A DNA stretch of 64,000 bases from Octopus sinensis (taxonomy: Eukaryota): NCBI RefSeq assembly GCF_006345805.1, contig NC_043002.1, positions 61,566,001 to 61,630,000 on the forward strand, given 5' to 3'. The position numbers were made by a program, and so were the translations under genes. The notes under the pieces are model-generated. The model had not been told where the DNA came from. It searched no databases and saw nothing but the letters and a program-made list of their open reading frames with translations. Shown piece after piece: positions 36,645 through 50,068 of the stretch (its first letter is position 1; each line of letters starts with the position of its first letter).

Positions 36645-37880
36645 GGCGGCGAGCTGGCAGAAACTTTAGTATGCCGGGCGAAATGCTTAGCGGAATTTCG
36701 TCTGTATTTAAGGTCTGAGTTCAAATGCCGTCGAGGTCTACTTTGTCATTCATCCTTTCAGGGTCGATAAATTAAGTATCAGCTTTGTACTGCGGTCGAT
36801 CTAATCGACTGACTCCGGGTCTTGTGCGTAGACTAGAAAAGATCTTAATGGCGATGAGGTGGCGAAATCCTTAGCAGTATTTCGTCCGCCGCTATGTTCT
36901 GAGTACAAATTTCGCCGAGGTCAACTTTGCCTTTCACCCTTTCGGGGTGGATTAAATAAATACCAGTTACGCACTGGTGTCGATATAATCGACTTAATCT
37001 TTTTGTCTGTCTTTTTTTGTCCTCTCTGTGTGTAGCCAATTGTGAGCAGTAAAGAAATCAGAAACGTTAGCACCGGGCTAAATGCTTAGGGGAAATTCGT
37101 CTCACTTTACGTTCTGAGTTCAAATTCCGCCGAGGTCAACTTTGCCTTTCATCCTTTCAGAGTCGATAAATTAAGTACCAGTTGCATACTCAGGTCGATA
37201 TAATCGAATGGCCTCCTCCCTCAAAATTTCGGGCCTTGCGCCTAAAGTAGAAAAGGAATTTTAATGTGGTGAGCTTAAAGAAACGTTGAAACTCCACCGA
37301 GGTCGACTTTTCCTTTTATCCTTTCAGGATCGATAAATTAAGTATCAGTTTTGTACTAGGGTCGATCTAATCGTCTGGCCCCGTCTCCAAAAATTCCGGG
37401 CCTCGTACTTAGAGTAGAAAAGATTCGAATGGCGGCGAGCTGGCAGAATCGTTAGCGCGGCGGAATTTCGTCTGCCGTTATGCTCTGAGTTCAAATTCCT
37501 CCGAGATAGACTTTGCCTTTCATCCTTTCGGGGTCGATTAAATAAGTACCAGATACGTACTGTGGTTGATGTAATCAACTTAATTCCTTTGTTTGTCCTT
37601 GTTTGTCCCCTCTATGTTTAACACCCTGTGGGCAATAGAGAAATAGATATATTACATGCAATAATGTGGCAAGGTGGCAGAAAAGTTAGCGTGCAGGGCG
37701 AAATGCTTAGCGGAACTTCGTCTGACTTTAAGTTTTGACGTCAAATTCCGCCGAGGTCGACTTTGCCTTTCATCATTTCTGGGTCGATAAATTAAGTATC
37801 ACTTGCGTACTGGGGCGATCTCATCGCCTGACTCCCTCCCTCAAAATTTCGGGCCTTGTACTTACAGTAGAAAAGGATAT
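36645..37880 (+). mobile_element. Head-to-tail cluster of six ~200-bp SINE-like units with two tail subtypes
   Basis: Six repeats of GAGTTCAAATTCCGCCGAGGTCGACTTTGCCTTTCATCCTTTC.GGGTCGAT; tails run X,Y,X,X,Y,X (X ends GTAGAAAAG; Y ends AAAGAAAT/AGAAATAG). Confidence 0.88.
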
Positions 37881-38006
37881 ACTATATGCAATAATAAAAT
37901 TTGTGCCTAATTTAATTTCATATATGTATATATAAATATATGCTGTTCACTCCCGTGAATTTCGATGTATGAGTGTTTCAAAGAAAGAATTTAAATGGAA
38001 AGACAT

Positions 38007-38037
<31 letters not shown>

Positions 38038-38099
38038 AACTGTAAATATGAAAGAAGTTGCGTCTCTTTACGAAGGTCGCGTGAATGTTATTTATGTCC

Positions 38100-38650
38100 A
38101 TGTTTGGATTTTGGTATGAAATCACAAATGGGACAACGATGATTTTGATTTCGCCTGAGATTGGGCAAATGTGTCGGTTGACTGTAGGATATAATTCTTT
38201 TGTTGGTCTGATTCTTCAATTCACATTATTTTGGTGAATCATGACACATTTTATCCCATGCAGATTGTTGTAGGCACTGACAACTGTCTGCAATTTCGAG
38301 GAGATGTGTTCTTGTTCGGATGTTGGTAAAGTAGATGGATATGCACAAATAATATTCATAGATGAGGAATCACCTATGATTATATGAAGTATCATGGCAC
38401 GCTCATCAACTACTTCAGGGGTGATATCTTGCGAAATAGAGTCAATTAAATGGCAAAGCGAACACCATGAATTCTTGGTTCATCTGCCAGTTTTCTCCTC
38501 CAAGAGAATGTGTAGCTACTAATTCACCAGTGTCTGCAAACCTGTTTTCACTTATAACAACATTATCAATATTACCTTTGCAATTAGTGCTGCTTTTCAT
38601 TCTACACTCTGTTTGCTGCCTTGTATAGTTTTTACATTCCGACAACCAAA
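38100..38650 (-). mobile_element. Highly decayed LINE (RTE-like APE endonuclease) remnant
   Basis: Minus-strand remnants include GCRNVKT, HGVRFAI-like nucleotides and NIICAYPSTLPTSEQ; many stops. Confidence 0.45.
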
Positions 38651-39469
38651 GATAAGCTGGTGTCTAATTTTTAAAAATATTTTTCTCGATTGCAATAAAC
38701 TGGATGCCTAGTCACCTGCAGATAACGCCAAGCTTCCTTTTCTCATCACGCCACATATTTCGAAGAAGCAATGTTACACCTAGATAGACCTGCTTTCCAC
38801 ACAAAGGAGGACACGAATCTTGCAGGGACGTTCGCATTCTACAAAGAGACGGCCATCACACTCTCTGCCACCCAATATCAGAGATTGAATGTATGCTGCC
38901 CAGAGCGGCCCTTCCATTTTCAGCAGGCCCAAAAGTGGTGCCCCTTTAAAAGTGCCGCCCGGTGAAGACTACCCCTATCTCTAAATCTGATATACTAGTG
39001 TTTCTACCTGCGTTTGAGATTCTGGCTAGGAACATCTAGCATCACACTTTGCCTGTGTTTCTAACGCCATAGCACTTTCAAATCGCCTTCAAATTACCTC
39101 CACAATGAATTTGTGTAAAATGATACGGGCTTTTGTCACCCGTCTCACACTATCGTTCAAATACCCTACACTCCAGTGTATATAAATGCTATGTGGGGTA
39201 AAGGGTGACTGGATGCTGGGCTGGCGGATCGGGAGTACAGAAAATGGAATTTGCTTATGCTTTAATAACAGATGAAAATTACGCACCGTGCTTGAAGGAC
39301 AGGAATATTTCTGAGTGTATAGTTATATCATTGTGTATTAATTTCTAGGATTGTTTACGTTGGTATGTATGTATGTATGTATGTATGTATGTATGTATGT
39401 ATGTATGTATGTATGTATGTATGTATGTATGTATGTATGTATGTGCATACTTACATGTATATCTACTAT

Positions 39470-39698
39470 ATATTTGTGAAAAGGGCGGACATTGTCTGAC
39501 AAGCAGTTGTGCAGGCAAAAGTATTGGTAAATGTGGTAGGATTGACCTGAAAATTTGCACACCTATGTTAAAAGTGGTGCGGAGTTTGCATAGCAAGTTT
39601 GAGTTTGCTCAATTGAAACGCGTGGCCTCTGGTGCAAAATTCTTCATCTTTAAAATGTGACCCACGAAGACCCGAAAGAAATAGGGTTATAATACTAG
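39470..39698 (+). mobile_element. Helitron-like 3' end
   Basis: Hairpin ACCC..GGGT (39670-39687), then CTAG (39695-39698) and T; homologous to 15200-15360. Confidence 0.7.
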
Positions 39699-41129
39699 TA
39701 TATATATATATAATATATAAGTATATGCATATATACATACATATATGTACATACCTACATATATATGTATATATACATGCATATATGGGTGCAGGGCACC
39801 AAAAAAATGTTGAACACAATGATAAACGAAAACATAAAACAAAATCATAGAAACGAACTTTTTTCAAACAACGAAAATAACAAACAGAGAATCGAGACAT
39901 ACATTATAAATAATATTCCCCTTCTTCAGTGGTCCCTGTTTTATCTACTCAGCGTTTCAAAGGTAAGGGCAAGATGCAACTTCGTTGAAACTTCGTTGAA
40001 ACAGTCCTTTCCATCCCGCAAAGCAAATTAAATATTATCGCAGATTTATTTGTCTAATACATGTAAATTTATATCGGGAGTTTCTCCGGCCGATAGATAT
40101 TCTATTTTTTAGATTTTAATTATTTGTGTGTGAGGCTTTGGAAATTGTCACCCGCGATAGTCGAGAGATTACCGTATAACAATTTTTACTTACCTCATTA
40201 TCGTTTAGTGTATTTAAACACATATGCTAAATGGTTTTGTGTCTGAAAGTACCCATATATTTGAGTGAGTGTAGGCATGTTTATGTATGCATTCAGTTGT
40301 GTAAGTGTTCATGTGAGTATTCGTAAATATGTGTGTATACATATTTAACATATGAATGTATGTGTGTCTATGGACAAACACATAAGTGTCTGTTTATATA
40401 TATGCATTAGTACTTATATGTATATATGTATATGAATATATTTACGTGCATGCATACATATTAGTGTGTGCAGGCATTTATACACACGCACATATATTTA
40501 TATGTGTGTCTGTGAGTGTGTGTTTGCGTATGTGTTTGTATGTGTGTGTGTGCGTTTATTACATTTATCGCTAAAAGTCTCTTTCGCCCTCTCAATATTA
40601 GATACGAAAATACTTAGATAAGATGAGGTCAGTGTTGGCCCAGCCATATTTAGTTCTGTTACAACTTTATATGCTTTTTTAACCATATCAAAACTAATTC
40701 ATGCCTAATTCTAAATAAAACCCCTATTATGTATAAACACAATGAAACATATGTAGTGAGCGGGGTAAATATTACGAATATTTTTTGCGAAATCCTGTTT
40801 AGATATACATACAGACAGGGAAAAAACACATACTTACACAACCACATACACACACATATGAATTTGTAGTTCAACTTACATGCATACACATACACACACA
40901 TACACACACACACACACATATATCCTAAGGAATATGTGAATATCACAGAAAACTCGTGTAGTGGAAACGGCTAAAATACCACACAGTATTTCAATACGGA
41001 GAATCATAATATAAAGTTCTATTTCAGTTCAACTCCAGGTGACCTAACCTTTGAAATTATTTCATGAGGTGTATATAAAATATAAAATGTCAGAAAGTAT
41101 GATAGGTGAATGTACTTAGAATTACTACC

Positions 41130-41740
41130 ACTTTGCAGGCTTCATCAATTAATAACCCTTTCTACTAGAGGCACAAGGCCTCAAATTTGGGTGAAGGTCA
41201 ATAAATCAGTTACATCGACCCCAGTGCGCAACTGGTACTTATTTAATCGACCCTGAATGGATGAAATGCAAATTCGACCTCGGCGGATTTTGAACTCAGA
41301 ACGTAGCGGCAGATGAAATACCTATTTCTTTATTACCCACAAGGGGCTAAACATAGAGGGAACAAACAAGGCTAGACATAGGTACTAAGTCGATTACATC
41401 GACTCCAGTGCGTAACTGGTACTTAATTTATCAACCCCGAAAGGATGAAAGGCAAAGTTGACCTCGGCGGAACTTGAACCCAGAACGTAGCGGCAGTCGA
41501 AATACGTGTTTCATTACTACACACAAGGGGCTAAACACAGAGTGGACATACAAGGACAGACAAACGGATTAAGTCGATTGTATCCACCCCAGTGCGTAAC
41601 TGGTACTTAATTTACCGACCCCAAAAGGATGAAAGGCATAGTCGACCTCGGCGGAATTTAAACTCAGAACGTAACGGCAGACGAAATACGGCCAGGCGTT
41701 TCGCCCGGCGTGCTAACGTTTCTGCCAGCTCGCTGCCTTC
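41130..41740 (-). mobile_element. SINE-like multimer: one head plus three tandem bodies
   Basis: On the minus strand each body restarts at GTATTTC(G/A)(T/A)CTGCCG directly after the preceding tail; only the first has the GGCAGCGAGCTGGCAGAAACG head. Confidence 0.85.
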
Positions 41741-42469
41741 TTTCATCAACGAATGATCAATCCGTGTATAATAGTTCATTTTACAAGTCTGCACTAATAT
41801 GGATGCTAAACATTGCTCAGTACAATCGTACAATTAAATTTTTATGCAAACATTCTTGGCTTAAATAAAACGCATTTCAAAAAAGAATTTCAGTAAATAA
41901 TTTTATTCTGTGTAAATAAAATTCCAGAAACGTAATTTCACATAGCAAATACATTAGTGTAATAGTTTTATTGAAGCTATAGTGGTTATTTATTCACAGA
42001 GAAAGTTGAAATACCTAAATGTAACAAAGAGAAGATAGAGAAAAAAATCAGGCACTAAATGTTTCGTAGAAGTCAAGTTTTAGTAAATATATTTTTATTA
42101 TATGTTGCTGTCGAATGAGAAAGATTACAAAGATTATATAGATATATACATGCTTACATACATGTACAGTGATACACACACAGATACGGACACAAACACA
42201 TGCACACACACATACACACACCACACACACACACAAAGCACACACGTATGAATAGGTGTATATATAGGTGTGTGAATACATACTTCAATACTTTGATATT
42301 TATATATATATATAAAGACATACAACACAAACGCACACGCACACACACAGAGTCACAAACACTCTCACACACACACAAACACACGCTCATTTATATATAC
42401 ACTTACTTCGATACATAGATAAATTTCGGCCAGAATTGGCTCAGGCCGTGCCTAGTTTAATAGCACGAC

Positions 42470-42830
42470 CTGGAAAATACATTTGATGATGTCTTACGTA
42501 GAGCATTATATCGTCAACGTACTCCATTCGAATAAATAGTCATTGTTTGCAATGAGAGTTATCAGGAGACTCATGGAGATATTAGTCCTAGAACCGTTTG
42601 AGCATTAGGGGATCCTGTTCTTCACTTATATGACTTGGCATAAAGTTAGAGACAACAGGTCCAGTTGAGTTGTAATAGTTCTGTCTTAGTGTTGTGATAC
42701 GATGTGAACATGACATCTGTCGGGGACGGATAGCACGGAGACCAAACCTTGGGGCAATTTTAAAGTTGATGCCAACATCATTTAGACAGTAGCGTTGGCG
42801 ACGTTATGCCTCCGGTGACGTTACAGGAGG
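42470..42830 (-). mobile_element. Decayed reverse transcriptase remnant (possibly Penelope-like)
   Basis: Minus strand GAG TAC GTT GAC GAT ATA ATG (EYVDDIM) with an upstream GIP-like remnant; heavily disrupted. Confidence 0.4.
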
Positions 42831-42995
42831 TAATATTTTGTATTACACATACGCACATGCACGCGTACACACACATACGCACACACATCACACCACACAC
42901 ATATACGCACAGATGCTCACACGCTTAAAATAACCCACACATATACGTACATATATGCGCATATATATTTATGTATGCATGTACGAATGAGTATG

Positions 42996-43034
<39 letters not shown>

Positions 43035-43056
43035 ATGTATATGTATACGCATAATA

Positions 43057-43160
<104 letters not shown>

Positions 43161-43213
43161 TATATATATGTGTGTGTGTGTGTATGTATATGTATACGCA
43201 TACTACCTCTCTA

Positions 43214-43244
<31 letters not shown>

Positions 43245-43252
43245 TTATATAA

Positions 43253-43284
<32 letters not shown>

Positions 43285-43961
43285 TGTGTGTGTGTATGTA
43301 TATAGTCAAAAGTAATATGCGTGGCTTATTAGCAATTCAACAAACTAAAAACAGTTTTATAGACGTCACCAAAGTGACAAAGATTACTGAATAGTGCCAG
43401 CATTGCTAGAAAAAGGAGTTAAAATAACTTAGTTGCAACAAAAGCACTATCTTACTCAGTGAAAAGGCAGACAATTCCCTAGCGGACATAACCAGATCAC
43501 CGGTGATTTCGAATCTTGATGCGATACATCTTAATTCCCATCGGTGGCTCTTACCGCGTCAAGGTTTAATTCAATTCCCCTTGTCAGGTTTTAAGAAAAC
43601 TCTTGAACGCATACGCTGATTTCAAAAACTGTAAAAGTGAAAACTACAAATAATATGGTAGGTGTATTAGGAATTTACCAATATAAAAGCAAATATGAAG
43701 ACGTCATTAGAGTGACGTAAGGCGTACCATGTACTTTTAAAATACTTACATTTAAACATACATATATCAATATGCAAAAGTTCGAAAATAATGCAAGAAA
43801 TCGTTAAACATTACACGTTGGTACACACGTTGTTCTTATACATATATAGAAATATCGGATGCATAAAGAGGTTACGAGTTACAATTGTATTAGATTAACT
43901 AGGTCAAGAAAATAAGGATACAAATTACGCATCGATATATTGTTCATAAGTAAAATATATT

Positions 43962-44855
43962 TTAGTTTCCTGAATTCAGCAGCGTATACACACTTCTATT
44001 CACCGCAGCTTGCTTCAAACATATTTGTTTTAAATTACCTCGAAATGATTTACTTACCACAAAATATAATATAAAGTTGATATCGTTATTAACGGACGCT
44101 ATCATATCGAACAACAAAGCTAATACTTCTTCACTATTGGATTGAGAAACATTTAGGAATGCCATAATACACAGGGAAGATTTTTAAACAAAAATACACT
44201 TCTAATTGTTATTACGAGATAAATCGAATTTTTGAAGTAGAACTTCGTTGGACATTCTGGCCAAGATTTGCGGGGTGGAGTATTTTATAAATCATAAGAA
44301 TAAACATGATGAATAATAATGTAGCGAGTATAATCGAATAAAAGAAATGTATAGCGTACTTTCGGTAATGAATATCGTTCATAAATATTATAATCATTAC
44401 CAACATAATGATAATGCAGATAAGAAGCAAAAAGAGTACCATGAATAGTATGTAACGTCCAGAAGAACTAAGTTTGGAAAAAGGACAACGGATTGCTCCC
44501 AGGCGTTCAAATGATATAACTACCGTAATCCAGGTCGAAAATAGGCTGAAAAGCAGTGCAGTAATTCTGTAAATGTGGTTTGATGAAATACTGTTGCCAG
44601 GATTACCTCGAATTTTAGATAATTAGCCGTCCAAAAAATTGTTGAGCAATTCCAGAAAACTGAAATCATATCTACAACGACTAAGCGTAGGACATATGAA
44701 ACAATTTTATTCCGACGCATATTCGTTCTGCAAAATGTTGCAATGGCGGTTATATTCCCGATAGTTCCACTTGTTAATATCATTATAGAACCAAATCTTA
44801 TAGATATAATAAAAAGTATATTTGTATCATTTGTCCTCACCTTGTTTTTGTTAAT
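43962..44855 (-). pseudogene. GPCR subfamily B pseudogene (paralog of 45520), 5' end displaced by a SINE
   Basis: ORFs 44520-45044, 44212-44442 and 43962-44165 tile the receptor with at least two frameshifts; the N-terminus is replaced by SINE sequence at 44856. Confidence 0.9.
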
Positions 44856-45145
44856 GGGCATATGGCGTAGTGGTTGAGAGCGCGGGCTACTAACCCCAAG
44901 ATTCCGAGTTCGATTCCAGCCAGTGACCTGAATAGTAGTAGTAGTAGTAGTAGTAGTAATAATAATAATAATAATAATAACAATAACAACAACAACATCG
45001 AAAAATACGTTAGGAATGAGAACACAGGTTCGAAATTTCCCCAAGATACCTGATGAAGGCGGGAGGGTATATCAGCTAAACGTTGTGTTAACAATAAACA
45101 AGATGAGAACAAATATCCGTCAAATATAAATAATGTAAATAATGT
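44856..45145 (+). mobile_element. tRNA-headed SINE with trinucleotide core and hammerhead-like (Penelope-type) tail
   Basis: A box TGGCGTAGTGG, B box GTTCGATTCC, (AGT)n(AAT)n(AAC)n, then ATAC-CTGATGA(45050-45056)-AGGCGG..CAGCT-AAACGTT-GTGT. Confidence 0.8.
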
Positions 45146-45519
45146 TCAACTAACTTTGTCAACTTAAAAGAAATCTGTTGAACTCATACGATGATTTAAA
45201 AAACTAAAAGCGAAAACTACAAGTAAGCGATTGTCATATTAGGAATATAATTAACATGAAGGCAAATTAATAGACGTCACTAAAGTAGCAGAAGATATAT
45301 AATGAACTTGTTCCAATATGCTTACATTTAAACATGTAGCACTATACGAAAAGTGAAAATAATGCAAGAAATTGTCAACTAGTAGACGAAACATACATTG
45401 GAACACCTGATGCACGTATATATAAAAGTATCGGATATATGAAGATGTTAGATTGACTGTGATAAGAAAATAAGGATACAAAATATGCATGGTTAAATTA
45501 TGTATCAGTTAAAAGTATC

Positions 45520-46422
45520 TTAGTTTCCTGTATTCGGCAGAGTATAGACACATCTTCTCTGAACACCAGTTTGCTTGAAACATATTTGTTTCAAATTGTC
45601 TCGAAACGATTTACTTACCACAAAATATAATATAAAGTTGATACTGTTATTGACACACGCTATCAGATCGAACATCAAAGTTATTGCATCATTACTCTTC
45701 GATAGAAAAACATTTAGGAATGTATTGATAGAAAGAGGGAAGGTTGTTATCAAAAATACACTGTTAATTGTTATTACGAGGTAAATCGAATTTTTTGATT
45801 GTGATGTAGAACTTCGTTGGACATTCTGGCCGAGATTTGCAGGGTGGAGTATTTTGTAAATCATGAGAATAGACATGATCAATAATAATATAGCAGGCAG
45901 AAACGAATAGAAGAAATGTGCAGCGCACTTTCGGTAATTATCATTCTTTATAAATATCATAATCATTGCGAATGTAACGGCAATGCAAACAGAAAGAAAA
46001 AAGAGTACGATGAAAGGTTTGTAACGTCCAGAAGAACCAAGTTTGGAAAAAGGACAAAGGATTGCTCCCAGGCGTTCAAATGATATAACTACCGTAATCC
46101 AGGAGGAAAACATGCTGAACGCCATTGCAATGATTCTGTAAATTCGGCTTGATGAAATACTGTTGCTTGGTTCCGCTAATTGTAGTGAGTTAGACGTCCA
46201 AATAATTATTGGGCAATTCAAACAAATCGAAATCATATCTACAGAAACTAAACATAGAATATAGGGAACAACTTTATTCCGACGCATATTCTTTCTGCAA
46301 AATGTTGCAATGGCGGTTATATTCCCGATAGTTCCAAATGTTAACATCATTATAGAAACATATCTTACAGATATAATGAAATAGATATTTGTATCATTAA
46401 CTTTTTGGGTAATGTTGGTCAT
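45520..46422 (-). CDS. Class A orphan GPCR, subfamily B (300 aa from MTNITQ)
   Basis: FGTIGN, VSVDMISICLNCP, SSWITVVISFERL, SFLP, TTFP, NNSINFILY, SKSFRDNL. The track's start at 46551 is non-ATG; the homologous first ATG (46454) is out of frame through an A9 run. Confidence 0.92.
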   Translation of the reverse strand: MTNITQKVNDTNIYFIISVRYVSIMMLTFGTIGNITAIATFCRKNMRRNKVVPYILCLVSVDMISICLNCPIIIWTSNSLQLAEPSNSISSSRIYRIIAMAFSMFSSWITVVISFERLGAILCPFSKLGSSGRYKPFIVLFFLSVCIAVTFAMIMIFIKNDNYRKCAAHFFYSFLPAILLLIMSILMIYKILHPANLGQNVQRSSTSQSKNSIYLVITINSVFLITTFPLSINTFLNVFLSKSNDAITLMFDLIACVNNSINFILYFVVSKSFRDNLKQICFKQTGVQRRCVYTLPNTGN

Positions 46423-46554
46423 TTTATCCTCTTCCGTTATGTTTTTTTTTCCATTGTATAACTTAGAGTAAGTTCCTCTAGCAACACTGAATAAGATTAT
46501 GTGCTTTATGTCAATAATTACAAATTTTTGTGTTTTAATTCCATAAACCACTTA

Positions 46555-46613
<59 letters not shown>

Positions 46614-47030
46614 GATGCACCAGTGTTTGTAATGTGTGTGTTTGTGTTTGTGTGCGTGTGTGTATGTGGGTATGAGTGTGTTTGTGTTGAAACGATGGAC
46701 AATTGTAAGGTCTTCTCTCTGAGGGGAATAATTCTTCCTATATGAAACGGTGAAGATATTTATCGCATTAGCTTCTCTTAATTTTTTGTTTGGCCTGAAT
46801 ATACAGGACTTAAGTTCGTCTAATCGCTATTAGACGTTCAGTTCAATTTGAGATAATGTATAAATCGAATCTAAAGAAATTGAAAAAAATTATACATAAT
46901 CACACGTTAAAATCTGTCCTCAATCACAAACTTTTCTTTCCGTGATTCCGATCACATTTAAGTAAGAATTATGTATGATGAGAAAAATATATAAACGAGA
47001 AGATTTATATAGATGGATGTATATGAATAC

Positions 47031-47133
<103 letters not shown>

Positions 47134-47904
47134 TAGAGAAAAAAGTGTGAAAGAGAAAGGCATGAAGCAGTAGAGATCGAGAGACAAGAAGTGAAATATG
47201 AAAAGTTAGACTTGTTTTCATTGGTGTATTTCTGATACATTTTGAAGTAGGAGGGGTGTTACGTCCTGGTAATAATGATTGTGATGATGAATGCAATGCG
47301 TTGAAAATAATGTTGACAACGACGCGGACGATGGCGACAACAATAGGAAAGATGATGCCGATTAACATGATGATGCAGATGATTGTGGTTATAACATTCA
47401 TGATGAATTTGGTGTTGGCTGTAGTGCAGGTGGTGCTGATTCTCGTGCTGGTCAAATTCGATGAGTAAATATTTGTGAAATATATACTCGCATTTTGCAC
47501 ATGCATTTCTTAGGGTATGTGTAGATATTTTAAAAATTTATTTCGCCCAGTATGTTTATGCAGATGAAGGAAAAGTTACCAAACTAATCCAGAAACTGAT
47601 CAATCTCAAACTATCTGAATTATTTCATGAATGTATAACCAGTCTGCTTTCTTGCTTTGAACCCGTGTAATTACATATGGAGTGAATCTGGAGTTAATCT
47701 GGAGTGAATATTTGAAGTGTCATTATTCTACCACATATATACGTTTTATTTATTATTTTGCACATTACTTAATCATCGGTATATTATTGTTATTTTATTT
47801 TTAATATTTCTATTATATGTAATTTTCTAGATGGTGTAATTCTATTGTTCATTTTGAATTCATAAAAGGTGTTTTTTTCTAATTTTTACATATATGTATA
47901 TATG

Positions 47905-47990
<86 letters not shown>

Positions 47991-47994
47991 TAAT

Positions 47995-48048
<54 letters not shown>

Positions 48049-48079
48049 TATACATACATACCATCTATATATATATATA

Positions 48080-48407
48080 TAGGGGGTAAAGACCCCCTTC
48101 GGTCATGAATGACCATGGGATTGCACCTAAAGTTACCCTCCTAGACACAAGTCCGGGCAAGGTTGTTTATGGAAGACCAGCAGTCGCCCATGCATACCAG
48201 CCTCCCCTCTCCACGCCACCAGTGTTATCCAAGGGAAAGACAAAGGTCGATACAGCTTGCACCTGTGACGTCGCAACTCATTTCTACAGCTGAGTGAACT
48301 GGAGCAACGTGAAATAAAGTGTATTGCTCAACAACACAACACGCAGCCCGGTCCGGATTCGAGCTCACAACCTCACGATCGTAAGCTCCACGCTCTAACC
48401 ACTGAGC

Positions 48408-48410
<3 letters not shown>
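48080..48410 (-). mobile_element. tRNA-SINE (21788 head type) with a different 3' tail
   Basis: Minus-strand head GCTCAGTGGTTAGAG..GTGAGCTCGAATCC..AAGACACTTTATTTCACG-like core. Confidence 0.75.
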
Positions 48411-48469
<59 letters not shown>

Positions 48470-48572
48470 ATACGTTATATTTTGTGAAATTTGATTTAGT
48501 TTTTCTAAATTGAATTTTTCCCGTAAGAATATTCCCTCAAATTATTATTATTATTATTATTATTATTATCAT

Positions 48573-48625
<53 letters not shown>

Positions 48626-48797
48626 ATATATATATACACATATATTGTATATACGTATTTATATATATTATGTAATACATATATATATATACGTTATATT
48701 TTGTGAAATTTGATTTAGTTTTTCTAAATTGAATTTTTCCCTGTAAGAATATTCCCTCAAATTATTATATTATTATTATATTATTATTATTACTATC

Positions 48798-48841
<44 letters not shown>

Positions 48842-49204
48842 TATGTATATACGTATTTATATATATATATGTAATACCTAGTATTAAATCCATCTTCTAA
48901 TTACTTTATCAATCATTATTATCTCAACTAACACAACTGAATTCTTGAAGTAGATCCAACGGAAACGTGCCCCAACTGCCGATGACACCAGGTAGCCCAG
49001 ACCGTGCTTTACGCAACACGTTAACACACTAATTGACATATAACCATTAGTCCAAAATATTACAAGCACACATACACGCACACACAAAAACACATACACG
49101 CACACATATATATATATATATATATGTTAGAGAAAATGAGATAACAAAGCCAAGGCTGTGAGGATTTTTGAGGACATTTATAAGGAGAGAGATATAGATA
49201 AAGT

Positions 49205-49250
49205 CTTACAGCTGTTTCTGAAATATTATGGATATCCCTTCATCAGAGAC
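49205..49250 (-). ncRNA. Near-canonical minimal type I hammerhead fold
   Basis: GTCT-CTGATGA-A GGGATAT CCATA ATATTTC A-GAAA-C AGCT G-TA-AGAC. The stem III loop AGCT is palindromic; there is an A.A mismatch at the base of stem II. Confidence 0.6.
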
Positions 49251-49334
49251 GACTTGAAATGTTTTAATATAGGTAAATGAGAGAATGAAAGTAGAAATAC
49301 AATATATTATATGTATGTATGTGTGTGTAAAGAC

Positions 49335-49393
<59 letters not shown>

Positions 49394-50068
49394 CAGAATT
49401 AATTAGTTCGTCAGAAGAAAGTATCGGATTAAAATACCCGAAGAAATATCAAAAAGGACTCAGTATTAGAAGAAATTTCTTAAATATTCAACATTGAGAA
49501 ACCCGTTAAGCGGACACATACATTCAAATGAATGACAAGTAATCCAAACAGCGTTAAGAAAAGTGTTGAGAAATACAAAGTATGTAAAACCAAAAACACA
49601 TACGGAACAAATATCTTTATTTTAAATCTCACCTTATAAGTTTGCCATATTTTCAATTGCATTAGCACACACACACACACTCTCTCTCTCTCTCCACACA
49701 CCACACACACCACACACACACACCATGCACACGTTCATACACACACACATATGTATACGTATATATAATTAAAGTGAACGAAAAAGAGTACGGTTGTACT
49801 TATATTTTCAATCACAACAATTGTTCCTTCGCAACATAGTTCTCCAGGATTGCAAGTACTCGATTTTGCAACCGTTTCCCTGCATAGTTGAGTTTCCTCG
49901 GGTGATATATAAATATTGTCTCTCTAAGTTCAAATTCTCGGGTTCAGGAACATCTCTGTCTGCCATATATTTATATACAATTATTATACGTTTGTACTTC
50001 ATGGAACGGGAGAAGAAAATAGGGATATAATTGATTCATCGTTAAATTATGTATAAGTAAAAAGTATT

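Noticed and set aside
36645-37880. CRISPR-like repeat array
   Set aside because: The units are ~200-bp degenerate SINE copies without unique spacers, in a eukaryotic context with no cas genes.
39917-39965. Circularly permuted hammerhead-like motif (GAAA..TA..CTGAAGA, minus strand) in the dispersed repeat
   Set aside because: Stem I does not pair at the core junction and stem III is irregular; the paralogous copy at ~3300-3345 has lost both core motifs.
44856-44930. Possible tRNA gene
   Set aside because: It has A/B boxes but no complete acceptor stem and continues into a SINE body; treated as a SINE head.
46423-46551. N-terminal extensions in the ORF track (MVYG.. at 46551 and MVYN.. at 32466)
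   Set aside because: These use non-ATG starts and have no counterpart in paralogs; they are likely 5' UTR or intron sequence.
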